Assembly (NCBI GenBank): GCA_044222185.1
Contig: JBGANV010000003.1
Span: 768,001-832,000 of the forward strand
Length of the DNA stretch: 64,000 bases
Source of the DNA: Planctomycetota bacterium
Lineage (GTDB): Bacteria > Planctomycetota > GCA-002687715 > CAIWVZ01
Direction of reading: 5' to 3'
Shown: positions 32,597 to 42,186 of the stretch, one piece after another
Position numbering within the stretch: position 1 is the first letter of the stretch
Layout of the letters: each line of letters begins with the position of its first letter
Made by a program: the position numbers and the translations under genes
Notes under the pieces: generated by a model
What the model saw: the letters and a program-made list of their open reading frames with translations, nothing else
What the model was told of the DNA's origin: nothing
Databases searched by the model: none

Positions 32597-33445
32597 ATGT
32601 GTAGGTTCACGAGTACGATCGATCGAAACACCAAGGGTGGAGCCGTCGCGCTGCTACTCGTTGCGATGACGCTCAGTGCACGCTGCAATGCCGAACAGGG
32701 CTTCAGCTACGCGCAGCAGACCGCGCAATGTGCGTTCATCGCGGACGCCATTGACCGAACGGGAACATCGCCGCCGGCGGTGACTGGGAGTGGAAACTGG
32801 GCGACAGCAGTCGATTCCGGTGTGGTCTACCAGGGGGAAGCCGTCGCCACGTGCATTCCGTTCACGAGTTCGGGCACCGCCGCGAATTCGGCATCCGGGT
32901 CGCTGATCAAGTTCAAGATGCGACACCTCGCCGGGAATGGCTGCGCTCCGGCACTCATGTTCCATTCCGAGTCGCTGCTGTTCGCCAGGGTCGAGTCCCA
33001 CATCGGTGGAAATTGCCAGGCTTCGTGCCATGCCGGTGGTCTCGCGCACCTGAACGGCAACGTACTTCCGGCGAGCGACCTGGCCGTGATGGCGCAGAAC
33101 TCGAACGTCGGCGGGTTCAGCGTGATCACGGTTCCGATCCCGGGCGGGGGAACGTTCCCCCTCCCCAATCCGCTACCGGACGGGCCGACCGACGACGTCG
33201 ATGAGAAGCAGATCCCGAAGAACCACGACGCCGATGTGAGCTTCGAGAGCATCACAGGGTACTCCTATGTAGATGTCATGGCGTTTGCGGATCGGAATCC
33301 GTTCAACCTCGCCGGATTCGGTGCCGCGAATGCCTGGGTGAAGCTGACGACGGTCCACGTCGAGACGTCGGCGTCGTGCACGGTGCACGGGACGCATGGG
33401 GTTCTGACCTACGACGACCGGTGGGCAAACGCGCTTCACCCGTGA
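32597..33445 (+). CDS. Secreted hypothetical protein (Cys/Gly-rich beta protein)
   Basis: 282-aa ORF with signal-like segment; no family recognised. Confidence 0.65.
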   Translation: MCRFTSTIDRNTKGGAVALLLVAMTLSARCNAEQGFSYAQQTAQCAFIADAIDRTGTSPPAVTGSGNWATAVDSGVVYQGEAVATCIPFTSSGTAANSASGSLIKFKMRHLAGNGCAPALMFHSESLLFARVESHIGGNCQASCHAGGLAHLNGNVLPASDLAVMAQNSNVGGFSVITVPIPGGGTFPLPNPLPDGPTDDVDEKQIPKNHDADVSFESITGYSYVDVMAFADRNPFNLAGFGAANAWVKLTTVHVETSASCTVHGTHGVLTYDDRWANALHP

Positions 33446-33526
33446 CACGATCCCGCGCGTCGCGCCGCGGAGACCGAGCATGGCGCGGCGTGATCCGCCG
33501 CGACACATCGGGGTCCTGCCGGCGCC

Positions 33527-34084
33527 ATGAAGACGCTGGCGAGGACCCGACACCGCGTCTCGGGTTCGACGTCCGCGCGGTTCATATGCGGCTCGGCCCT
33601 ATCTCGGTATGCTGCCGCCGTGCCCTCACCATCGATCGAGCCCGTGGGTTGGGATCCGCGTCGCAAGCGCAATCCGAAGGACTACTTCTGGCCCCTGCTT
33701 ACCAACGGGCTGCGCCTGCGCTGCCCGGTCTGCAAGCGTGGACGGATCTTCCCCCACCTCATGCGGATGGCGAAACAGTGCCCGGCGTGTGGGATTACCC
33801 TCGAGCGCGAGCCTGGCTACTTCCTCGGCTCGATCTACTTCAACTACGGCGCCACCTGTGCGCTCGCGATGGCGACGTTCGTGGTCAGTTACTTCGCGCT
33901 CGCCGCCGGGGAGTCACTGAGCGTTGGTCTCGCCGTCGCGATCACGATGACGTTCCCGTTCTGGTTCTGGCGGTATGCCCGATCGGCATGGCTCGTCTTC
34001 GATCAGTACTTCGACCCGCGTGAGATCCCGCCGGCCGGCAGCACGTCGGCTCCAGGTGAATCAGCGGGCTCTCGCCGGACCTGA
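33527..34084 (+). CDS. DUF983 family zinc-ribbon membrane protein
   Basis: LRCPVCKRGRIF...CPACG...EREPGYFLGSIYFNY plus two TMs; start uncertain. Confidence 0.85.
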   Translation: MKTLARTRHRVSGSTSARFICGSALSRYAAAVPSPSIEPVGWDPRRKRNPKDYFWPLLTNGLRLRCPVCKRGRIFPHLMRMAKQCPACGITLEREPGYFLGSIYFNYGATCALAMATFVVSYFALAAGESLSVGLAVAITMTFPFWFWRYARSAWLVFDQYFDPREIPPAGSTSAPGESAGSRRT

Positions 34085-34108
34085 CACGGCGTTCGGGCCG
34101 GTCGGGCA

Positions 34109-35311
34109 TCACGCGAACAGGGATGCCGCGAGGAGCCCACAGAGCCCGACGACCACCGCCGTCATGCCCCCGAGCAGCATTGGCTTCACCCCAAGCCCCT
34201 TGAACGCGCGCAGGTTCGTCGTGAGGCCGACCGAAGCCATGGCCGCCCCCAGGAGAGCCTGGACCCAGGTTTCGCCGACGAGTTTCGTGATCGCCTTCCA
34301 TCCGGCAGCGTCCCAGGTGCCGTAGGCGAGCCCCGTGGCGAGGCCACGATCACCGAGCGTGCGCACCACCGCCATCGCGAGGAAGCCCACGATGAAGATG
34401 GGGAACAGCTTCGAGAACGGGACCTTCTTTCCGCCGCCGGTCCGGCCGAGGCGGCGCCAGTGGAAGTACGCGAGGATGGGAACCACCGCGGCGAGGCATG
34501 CGTTTCGGGCAAGCTTGGTCACGGTGGCCATCTTGAACGCGTCGTCCGCCTGAAAGAGCTCGCGGTAGGTGACCGCCGCGCCCATCACCTGCGACGTGTC
34601 GTGGATTGCCGTCCCCAGGAAGAGGCCGGCCGCCTTGGGGCTGTTCGCGAACAGCGCGTGGGCGAGCCACGGATAGACGAACATGGCGATCATCCCGAAG
34701 ATGGTCACGTTGGTGACCGTGTAGGCGATCTCCCGGTCATCGGCTTCGATGGCGGCACCGACGGTGAGCGTGGCGGTGACCCCGCAGATGCCCGTGGACG
34801 CCGCCGCAAGCGTCCCCATGTTGCCGGGGACCTTCATCAGCCGCGCCATCCAGATGGCGACGATCAGTGCCAGACACACGACGCCGATCACCACGGGGAT
34901 GCCCACGGCACCGAGCTTCATCACGTCCGTGAAAGAGAGCTTGATGCCGACGAGCACGATGCCGAGGCGCAGCAGGCGCTTCATGCTGAAGTCGAGGCCT
35001 GCATGGAAGAGCCTCGGCACCTGCAACGTGTTCGCCGCGACGAGGCCCATCACGATCGCGAGCATGATCGGCGACACGGCGTTGTGCGCCGGGTCGTGCT
35101 TGCGACCTTGAAGGTCTTGGATCCACGGGCCGACGACACCAGCGAGCCACATCGCCCCGGCCACGACGACCGCCGCGAGGATCACACCCGGGATCACCCG
35201 CGGCAGATCCACGAACCGGACTCCGAGGAAGTACCGCTCGATCCACGAGACGACGCCGCCGGATGCGGTGGCCGGAGAACCAGCCGCCGGAAGGGGTGAT
35301 TTCGATTCCAT
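34109..35311 (-). CDS. YeiH/UPF0324 putative sulfate exporter family membrane protein
   Basis: LLRLGIVLVG, GICGVTA, GTAIHDTSQV, TKLARN; about 10 TM. Confidence 0.92.
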   Translation of the reverse strand: MESKSPLPAAGSPATASGGVVSWIERYFLGVRFVDLPRVIPGVILAAVVVAGAMWLAGVVGPWIQDLQGRKHDPAHNAVSPIMLAIVMGLVAANTLQVPRLFHAGLDFSMKRLLRLGIVLVGIKLSFTDVMKLGAVGIPVVIGVVCLALIVAIWMARLMKVPGNMGTLAAASTGICGVTATLTVGAAIEADDREIAYTVTNVTIFGMIAMFVYPWLAHALFANSPKAAGLFLGTAIHDTSQVMGAAVTYRELFQADDAFKMATVTKLARNACLAAVVPILAYFHWRRLGRTGGGKKVPFSKLFPIFIVGFLAMAVVRTLGDRGLATGLAYGTWDAAGWKAITKLVGETWVQALLGAAMASVGLTTNLRAFKGLGVKPMLLGGMTAVVVGLCGLLAASLFA

Positions 35312-35411
35312 CGCGTGTGGGGTCCTGCCTTGACTTGGGCCCCGCGCAGGCGAACGCCGCGTCGTGGCGAGGCGAGGTTCTAACCGACGAACCGAAGAAT
35401 GGGAGCGCCGG

Positions 35412-36359
35412 TCAGCTGCAGCCGGAGAGGTCCACGCATTCCGCCGAGAGGCCGGAGGCTCGGAAGGCATCGCGAATCGGACCGTTGTTCTCCAACGCGA
35501 GCGTGGACTCGAGGCGTCGCTTGCCATCGTCGAGGCCGAGGATGCGCGCGATCACGCCCTTGGCCTTCGCGTGGCCGGTGTCGGTCTTTTGGAGCAGGTG
35601 GAAGTACATCAACGCGAAGAGTCCGTGGAACGGGTCGACCCCGAGTTCCTCGCAGAGTCCTACCGATCGCTTGGCGGACTGGATGGCCTTCTCCACGTCG
35701 CCCTTGAGCTGCCGGACGTAGCCGAGGTTGCAATGCGCGAAGGCGCGCGCGGACCGAGCCGAGTCGTCGCCGTCGGGCAACGACAACACGCGCATGAAGT
35801 CCGCCTCCGCGGCATCCAGCTGGTTCCGCCACAGGCGAAGGACCCCGATCATGTTGTAGGCGGTGGCAAGGTGCCGGGTGTTGAACCGCGTGATCTCGGT
35901 GCAGATCCCGATCGCGAGGTCGACCTTGCGGTCCTGCGATCCGGGGACGTCGTCCAGGACCCGCCGCACGTCCTCGAGGTCGCAACCGGCCTGGATCTCG
36001 GACGAGCCGACGAAGTCCTCCGCATCCTCGATCATCTCGCGACCGTACTGGGCGTGGTCGCGCGCCGAGCCCTCGACTTCACCCTCCACCGGGACGACGT
36101 TGTCCGTGTTGTCCTCGGGGTCGTGCCGCTCCTTCAGCACGGTCTGGGCGAGCCGATACATCGCGAGGCACATCTCGTCGATCGTCTCTCGGAGGTAGGC
36201 CGACTCCGGCAGGTCGATTGCACGGAAGTAGCCGCCGAGCGCGTCGTAACAGGGTCTGCACCCTTGGATGTGCTGCGAGACTCGTTCGAGATCGAACGAC
36301 TGGCGGGCCGCCGTGTCGAGGAACGACCCGAGGTATTGGCTGACGTACTCGCACCCCAT
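35412..36359 (-). CDS. Zinc-finger (zf-HC2) anti-sigma-like protein with C-terminal TPR repeats, soluble
   Basis: MGCEYV...HIQGCRPC (C...HxxxCxxC); TPR-like AYNMIGVL and AHCNLGYV; alternative TTG start 36407 overlaps the upstream stop. Confidence 0.7.
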   Translation of the reverse strand: MGCEYVSQYLGSFLDTAARQSFDLERVSQHIQGCRPCYDALGGYFRAIDLPESAYLRETIDEMCLAMYRLAQTVLKERHDPEDNTDNVVPVEGEVEGSARDHAQYGREMIEDAEDFVGSSEIQAGCDLEDVRRVLDDVPGSQDRKVDLAIGICTEITRFNTRHLATAYNMIGVLRLWRNQLDAAEADFMRVLSLPDGDDSARSARAFAHCNLGYVRQLKGDVEKAIQSAKRSVGLCEELGVDPFHGLFALMYFHLLQKTDTGHAKAKGVIARILGLDDGKRRLESTLALENNGPIRDAFRASGLSAECVDLSGCS

Positions 36360-36399
36360 GACCGGCTGTCTCGACCCGGTGGAATCCCGGGCCCCGCTC

Positions 36400-37497
36400 T
36401 CAGGCAAGTGCGCGCTGATGGTTCAGTACGAACCGCAGCGCCACCTCCCATTTCTCGACGAGGCGGTTCAGACCGTCGCCCGAGTTGTCACGGATCCGGA
36501 GATCCTTCGACTCGACGATGACCCGCAACTGTTCGAGCACCCGACGGACGTAGTTGCTTCGGATGTCGATGCCGAGAACGGCGCGTGCGCTCTCCCGCAG
36601 GAGGACGTGGAGAGCCCTGAGGTATTCACGCTTGGCTGTCTTTTCGTTGACCGAGAGTTTCGATGCGATCTCCGACCACCCGAGATTCCCGTGGCCATCC
36701 AGTTCTCGATCCAGCTCCCGCAAGAGCTGCAGGAAGGGCTCACCGCGATCGGGGGCGGCGTGCGCGGCCGCCGACACGGTGTCCCCCGTGCGGTTCTTCG
36801 CCAGGTAGACGAGTTGCTGCGTCGCCGAGAGCTTCGTGGCGAAGATGTCGAGCATGAGGCCGACGCGGTCCGCCGGATCACGATCGACGACCTCGTGCGA
36901 TGGATCGTCGACGGTCGACTCGGGAACCTCGCCCGCGTCGACCATGGCATGATCCAATGCGTCCTGCGACTGGCGGCACCACTGGAAGTACGCCTTCTTG
37001 AGGCAGTTCAGGTAGTAGTAGGTGAGGCAGAAGACCTTCTCGCCCGCGAGCTTGGCCTGTCCGAACTCCACCATCTTCTGAAGCGAATCGCGGCTGACGA
37101 AGACGGAGATGAGATCGGCATGTACCGCCGTGTAGATCCCCGCGCGTGGCGCGAACCGGCGATCGATCTGTGTGAGGCCGTGGAAATACAGTCCGACCTG
37201 GACGAAATCCACCACGGCCGACGAGATCAACCCGGTGCGCACCATGGCATCGCCGACGACGTTCAGGAGGTAGGCCGGCTGGAAGAGCGAAACGCCGAGC
37301 CGTTCCTGCGCGTCGTCGATGCAACCGAGGAAGGCTCGGACCTTCTCCCGAGTCTTGGGCGGCGTTTTCTCCGCAGCCACCTGGTCCTGCAGCTTGCCGA
37401 TCATCTCATGGAAGCGCTCGAGCGCGACGGCTCGATCGCTCCCATCCGTGGCCCGCTGCAAGGCGGCCCGGAGTCGGTCCATGAGGGTCTGGCCCAT
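36400..37497 (-). CDS. Highly divergent ECF-type sigma factor-like protein with N- and C-terminal extensions
   Basis: sigma4-like LSATQQLVYL...LGWSEIASKLSVNEKTAKREYLRALHVL; sigma2-like HADLISVF...LTYYYLNCLKKAYFQWCRQ; directly upstream of a ZAS protein. Confidence 0.6.
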   Translation of the reverse strand: MGQTLMDRLRAALQRATDGSDRAVALERFHEMIGKLQDQVAAEKTPPKTREKVRAFLGCIDDAQERLGVSLFQPAYLLNVVGDAMVRTGLISSAVVDFVQVGLYFHGLTQIDRRFAPRAGIYTAVHADLISVFVSRDSLQKMVEFGQAKLAGEKVFCLTYYYLNCLKKAYFQWCRQSQDALDHAMVDAGEVPESTVDDPSHEVVDRDPADRVGLMLDIFATKLSATQQLVYLAKNRTGDTVSAAAHAAPDRGEPFLQLLRELDRELDGHGNLGWSEIASKLSVNEKTAKREYLRALHVLLRESARAVLGIDIRSNYVRRVLEQLRVIVESKDLRIRDNSGDGLNRLVEKWEVALRFVLNHQRALA

Positions 37498-37514
37498 GAC
37501 GGTTCTCCGAGCGA

Positions 37515-38144
37515 TCAGTTGATCGGGAAGGAACCGGCCGGGCCACCAGGCGCACAGCCGTACAGCGTGAGGTGGAACACCGACGAGGTGCCGTAGCCCG
37601 CGCCCGGGATCACTGCCCAGGAGAACGGGAACAATGGCGCTTCGGTGCCGGGGAGCGGACGCAGGTCGCTCCCGAATCCCGGTGCGGACGGATAATCCGC
37701 CGGCGGAGGACTGGAGGGGTTCCCGACCACGTAGTCGTCGACGAGCAGGCTCCACAGTGGCGAAGTCAGGATCGTGTTGTTCGCACCGGGCGTCACGACG
37801 CGCACGCTCACTGCAACGTCACCGCCGAGTCCGTCGAAGGTCGAGAACGGGACGTCCCAGCGATACTTCCCGCTGGCGTCGAAGTCGACGAGCTTGAGGA
37901 AGTTCACCTGGTTCTGAGTCGAGCGCTGAACGATGGTGATGTCGAGTGCGCCCGGGGTTCCGGCCGGCGCGTTCGACACGGCCTCGAGCCAGATGGTCTG
38001 GTTCGACGCATCCGCCGTGAGCGTGAGAGACGGGTCGCTGGCGGAGGGACTTCCGTTCCCATCGAGAGCCGTAGTACGGCCGAGGAAGACGGCACCGACG
38101 GCGAGAACGATCGGAAGAAGTACGGCAACCCGGGATAGGCGCAT
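37515..38144 (-). CDS. Secreted hypothetical protein
   Basis: GGAGG RBS, ATG 38144, signal peptide, beta-rich domain, Pro-rich tail. Confidence 0.7.
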   Translation of the reverse strand: MRLSRVAVLLPIVLAVGAVFLGRTTALDGNGSPSASDPSLTLTADASNQTIWLEAVSNAPAGTPGALDITIVQRSTQNQVNFLKLVDFDASGKYRWDVPFSTFDGLGGDVAVSVRVVTPGANNTILTSPLWSLLVDDYVVGNPSSPPPADYPSAPGFGSDLRPLPGTEAPLFPFSWAVIPGAGYGTSSVFHLTLYGCAPGGPAGSFPIN

Positions 38145-38326
38145 GTCACGGCCTCCGTGTGGAATCCCGCGGGACGTTGCAGACCGCCTCGCGGGCACCA
38201 GACAGGTGCGAAGGGAATCTCACGGTCCCCTCGCGTCGCTGACACGCCTTCGAGCTTCACTCCGCGGCGGACGGCGACGCGGCGCATTGTAGGGTCGACC
38301 CCACCGCAAGGGGAAAACTTTCGTTT

Positions 38327-39139
38327 TTATCTGCGCAGGCGTGCCAATGCGAAGAGCACGAGGATCCCCGCGGTCGCGGGCGTCAGGCACACGAGCAGGT
38401 CGGGGATCCGGAGCCCCTCCGCGCGATCACGTACCAGGAGCCCGGTCGCCGCAACCCCCAGCAGGGCCAAGCCCAATGAAACGTAGGCGGCAGTGTGGCT
38501 CGTCGCCGGGAGTCCGAAGTAGCGGCTCTCGTAGCGGCTTCGGGCCTGGGCGAGCTCGGTTCCGGCGGCCCGCATGGCCGCGTCCAGCGCATCCAGCTTC
38601 GTGGTCAGGTTGCTGTACTCGGTTTCCACCGCGGCCTGCTCTTCCGGCGTCAGGTAGGCATCGATCTCGGCCGACTCCATGTTTTCCCGGAACGACTCCT
38701 CGATGTCCTCGCTCTCGCGGTTGTAGGCCCGCTGGCATTCCTCCCAGCGGTGTTCGCAGGCGAGGACGCGCTCCGACAGGCGGTCGAGTTGCAGCCGCCG
38801 TTCGGTCCCGCTCGTCAGCTTGTCGAGGCGCGCGACGTCACGCCCCAGGCTCCCGACCTCCCCCTCCAGGTCCTCGGCCTGCTGCCGGTGGCGATGGATG
38901 AGGCGAAGCTGGCCACGGAACAGGTCTCGGGCGAGCGTCCGCGCTTCCGGGGGTGGGGAGATCTCCGCGGGTTCGACGGCGACCTGAGCCGCGACCGGCC
39001 GAGCCGTCCCGCGCGCGCCGGCCTGTGCCACGGCCAGGGCCTCGGCAGCCTGCTGACGCGCCCCGCATTGCTCGCAGAACATGGCGAACCAGCCCACGAC
39101 GGCGTTGCAGGTCGTGCAGAAACGGACGCGCTCTTCCAT
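38327..39139 (-). CDS. Zinc-ribbon / coiled-coil protein with two C-terminal TMs
   Basis: CTTC...CEQC, long heptad-rich helix, two hydrophobic C-terminal segments. Confidence 0.7.
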   Translation of the reverse strand: MEERVRFCTTCNAVVGWFAMFCEQCGARQQAAEALAVAQAGARGTARPVAAQVAVEPAEISPPPEARTLARDLFRGQLRLIHRHRQQAEDLEGEVGSLGRDVARLDKLTSGTERRLQLDRLSERVLACEHRWEECQRAYNRESEDIEESFRENMESAEIDAYLTPEEQAAVETEYSNLTTKLDALDAAMRAAGTELAQARSRYESRYFGLPATSHTAAYVSLGLALLGVAATGLLVRDRAEGLRIPDLLVCLTPATAGILVLFALARLRR

Positions 39140-39172
39140 GATCAACCCATTCCCCAGACGCTCTCGCGCGGC

Positions 39173-39604
39173 CTACCCCGTTGCGGTCGGAGGCAGGATG
39201 CCGTCCTGCCAGCGAGCCCCGCCGGGTCCGAATTCCTTCTTCCAGATCGGCACGCGTGCCTTCAAGGTATCGATCAACTCGAGTCCCGCCGTGAAGGCTT
39301 CCTGCCGATGCGGCGAGCCGATGGCGACGATGAGGCTGGCCTCCCCCACGGCGACCTTGCCCGTGCGGTGCAGCACCGCCACGTCGACGACACCGTGTCG
39401 CGCACCGACCTCGGAACAGACGGCGAGGAGTTCCCGCTCGGCCATGGCGACGTAGGCATGATATTCGACGTGCTCGACGGCGTGGCCCTCGTGGTGGTCA
39501 CGCACGAGCCCATGAAAGACGAGGACGGCCCCGTTCGCAGGTCGGCTCACGGCCCGGCGCGCCTCCGCCTCATCGAGTGGCTGGTGAGTGATGCGGATGA
39601 GCAC
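39173..39604 (-). CDS. moaE: Molybdopterin synthase catalytic subunit
   Basis: GAVLVFHGLVRD, EYHAY, HRTG, SPHR, LKARVPIWKKE. Confidence 0.95.
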   Translation of the reverse strand: MLIRITHQPLDEAEARRAVSRPANGAVLVFHGLVRDHHEGHAVEHVEYHAYVAMAERELLAVCSEVGARHGVVDVAVLHRTGKVAVGEASLIVAIGSPHRQEAFTAGLELIDTLKARVPIWKKEFGPGGARWQDGILPPTATG

Positions 39605-39606
39605 GA

Positions 39607-39852
39607 TCAGCCTCCACTCACCGGCGGGATCACGGCCACTTCGTCGCCTTCGCGCAGGGCGTGGTCCGGACGGACGAATCGCAGGTTCACCGCGATCGCG
39701 ACGGCGGACAAGCGGTCACGAAGCTGCGGGTGCGACGCGCGCACGACCTCCAACGCGTCCGACGCCCTCGCTCCGTCCCAAAGCTCCACGGCCGGCAGCT
39801 CGGACCCGGCGAGCTCACCGAGCGCGCCGAACAGAAGGAGGCGGATTCTCAT
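39607..39852 (-). CDS. moaD: Molybdopterin synthase sulfur carrier
   Basis: 81 aa; LLFGALGELAG, AVN, C-terminal IPPVSGG; adjacent to moaE. Confidence 0.93.
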   Translation of the reverse strand: MRIRLLLFGALGELAGSELPAVELWDGARASDALEVVRASHPQLRDRLSAVAIAVNLRFVRPDHALREGDEVAVIPPVSGG

Positions 39853-39972
39853 GAGCCAGTTCCGATTGCGATGCGGATGCTTGACGGGCGGGCGTCGACG
39901 CGGGCATCGTACGAAGCCCATTCGGGCGGCCAAACACGTTCACCCGCGCGCCCAATCGACAAGGAGTCACTC

Positions 39973-42168
39973 GTGTCGCGTTCGCCTCTCCTCCCCATCG
40001 TCTTCGTCGCCTTCGCCGCGCCGCTCATCGCGCAGGACTCGCGCCCCACTCCGATCACGCTCGACGAGGTCCTCCTGCAAGGGGGCAGGTTCGAACCCCG
40101 GCTGCCGCGACAACTCATGTGGCACCCCGCCGGCGACAGGTACTGCCACGTCGTCGGCGAAGGCACGGCTGCGACGCTGACCGAGTTCCGGCTCGCTGAC
40201 GGCAAGCCGATGCCCGTGGTCTCCGTCGCGGACATCACGGCGGCGCTCACGGCAGTTGGCGAAAAGACCGAGCTGCGCGGCCTGCCCGCACTCGAGTTCG
40301 CGTCGGATGCCAGAGCGCTGCAATTCCGTTACCCCCACAAGCTCGCCGACGGGAGCCCCGCCATCCGGACCTGGCGGTTCGACCTGGTGACGCGCAAGAT
40401 CGCGGCCCTGGCCGACGTGCCTGCGGATGCGAACGCGATGGTCGCCAGCAAGGACGGCGCGGTCGCATACGTCGAGTCGAACAACATCTCGGTCCTGACC
40501 GTCGACGGCGTCGTCCATCGGGTCACGAAGGACGGCAACGAGGATCTGCACTACGGTGTCTCCGCACATCGGGAGGAGTTCGGAATCCAGGACGGATTGT
40601 GGTGGGATCCCACGGGCCGGCGCATCGCGTTCTATCGTGAGGATCTCCGGCCGATCACGCCCTACCCGTACGCGAACACGGCGGTCGTGCCGGCGACGCG
40701 CGCGCACGGTCGATATCCCATGGCCGGCGGGAAGAACTCGGTCGTCACGATCGGCGTGTATGACGTCGCGACCGAAACGACGACGTGGCTCGATACGGAC
40801 ACCGCGGCGGACTGGTGGCTCACGAACGTCACGTTCGACCCGACGGGGGACGCGATCTACGTCGCCCGCGTCAACCGCCTCCAGAACGCCATGGACCTCG
40901 TCCGTTTCGACGCCGCGACCGGCAAGCAGGCCGCCGTGCTGTTCAGCGAGAAGGACGACCAGTGGGTCGAGCCTGAACACGGACCGACGTTCATCCCGGG
41001 CCAACCCAAACGACTCCTCTGGCTGAGCCCACGTGGCGGCTGGCTCCACCTCTGGTCGTTCGACGCCGAGACGGGCGAATCGCGCGACATCTGCACGGGA
41101 ACGCACGACGTCCAACAGGTTCTGGGGTTCAACGCGGCGAACGACCGCGTCTACTACATGGCGGCGTCGAACGACGATCCCCGAACGCTCCACCTTTGGG
41201 GTGCCTCACTCGCCGACGGAGGTAGCACGCAGATCACGAAGGGGCGTGGCCGTCGCCAGGTCATGCTGTCCCCGAAGGCTGATCATGCGCTGATGATCCG
41301 GCAGGACCTGGAGACGCCGCCCGTCATCGAGCGGCTCGACCTCGCAACAGGCACCGTCCAACCGATCGCCTCGTCTCTGAACCCGCTGGCGGCACGGGCG
41401 CCGCTCGGCGACCAGAGGTTCTTCACGGTCAAGTCCGCGAACGGCGACACGCTCTTCGGTCACATGTTCACGCCGCCGAACATGCAGCCGAACGAGCGCT
41501 ATCCGGCACTCTGCTACGTCTACGGCGGTCCGCACGTGCAGCTCGTCACCGACTCGTGGCTTGGTGGCGCGAATCTCTGGTTGCGCTGGTTCGCGTCGCA
41601 GGGCTACGTGGTCTATCGGATCGACGGGCACGGCACGCCGAATCGGGGAATCGAATTCCAGCAGGCCATTCATCGGCATCTCGGGACGACCGAGATCCAG
41701 GACCAGCTCGCCGGGCTCGAATACGTGAAGTCGTTGCCCTTCGTCGACGGGGCTCGGGTCGGCGTTCACGGCTGGAGCTTCGGCGGATTCATGACGGCAT
41801 CGCTTCTGTGCCGCGCACCCGACGCGTTCAAGTGCGGGATCGCCGGTGCTCCCGTCACGGACTGGGCGATGTACGAGACCGGGTACGGCGAGCGCTACAT
41901 GGACACGCCGTCGGAGAATCCGCAAGGCTACGCCGAGGAGAACGTCGCGAAGTACGCGAAGGATCTCAAAGGTCGCCTCCTCATCATTCACGGAACCGCC
42001 GACGACACGGTCGTGTGGCAGCACACGCTCCGGCTTCTCGACGCGTTCATCGACGCGGGTGTCGACGTGGAGTACTTCGTCTACCCGGGCCAGAAGCACG
42101 GCGTCGTCGGCAAGGCGAAGATCCACCTCTACCGCAAGATGACGCGGTGGTTGATGGAGCACATCTGA
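39973..42168 (+). CDS. Dipeptidyl peptidase IV (S9B family), secreted
   Basis: AAGGAG RBS with GTG start; HREEFG, YGGP, GWSFGG, HGTADDTV, YPGQKH. Confidence 0.95.
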   Translation: MSRSPLLPIVFVAFAAPLIAQDSRPTPITLDEVLLQGGRFEPRLPRQLMWHPAGDRYCHVVGEGTAATLTEFRLADGKPMPVVSVADITAALTAVGEKTELRGLPALEFASDARALQFRYPHKLADGSPAIRTWRFDLVTRKIAALADVPADANAMVASKDGAVAYVESNNISVLTVDGVVHRVTKDGNEDLHYGVSAHREEFGIQDGLWWDPTGRRIAFYREDLRPITPYPYANTAVVPATRAHGRYPMAGGKNSVVTIGVYDVATETTTWLDTDTAADWWLTNVTFDPTGDAIYVARVNRLQNAMDLVRFDAATGKQAAVLFSEKDDQWVEPEHGPTFIPGQPKRLLWLSPRGGWLHLWSFDAETGESRDICTGTHDVQQVLGFNAANDRVYYMAASNDDPRTLHLWGASLADGGSTQITKGRGRRQVMLSPKADHALMIRQDLETPPVIERLDLATGTVQPIASSLNPLAARAPLGDQRFFTVKSANGDTLFGHMFTPPNMQPNERYPALCYVYGGPHVQLVTDSWLGGANLWLRWFASQGYVVYRIDGHGTPNRGIEFQQAIHRHLGTTEIQDQLAGLEYVKSLPFVDGARVGVHGWSFGGFMTASLLCRAPDAFKCGIAGAPVTDWAMYETGYGERYMDTPSENPQGYAEENVAKYAKDLKGRLLIIHGTADDTVVWQHTLRLLDAFIDAGVDVEYFVYPGQKHGVVGKAKIHLYRKMTRWLMEHI

Positions 42169-42186
42169 CGGCGTGGGGCGTCGCGC

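Noticed and set aside
38145-38326. Structured leader or c-di-GMP riboswitch upstream of the secreted protein/sigma operon
   Set aside because: One hairpin (GCGAGGGGA...TCCCTTCGC) is present but no convincing consensus; an Infernal/Rfam scan is needed.
39853-39972. Moco riboswitch upstream of moaD
   Set aside because: Short divergent intergenic region with no recognisable Moco RNA motif.
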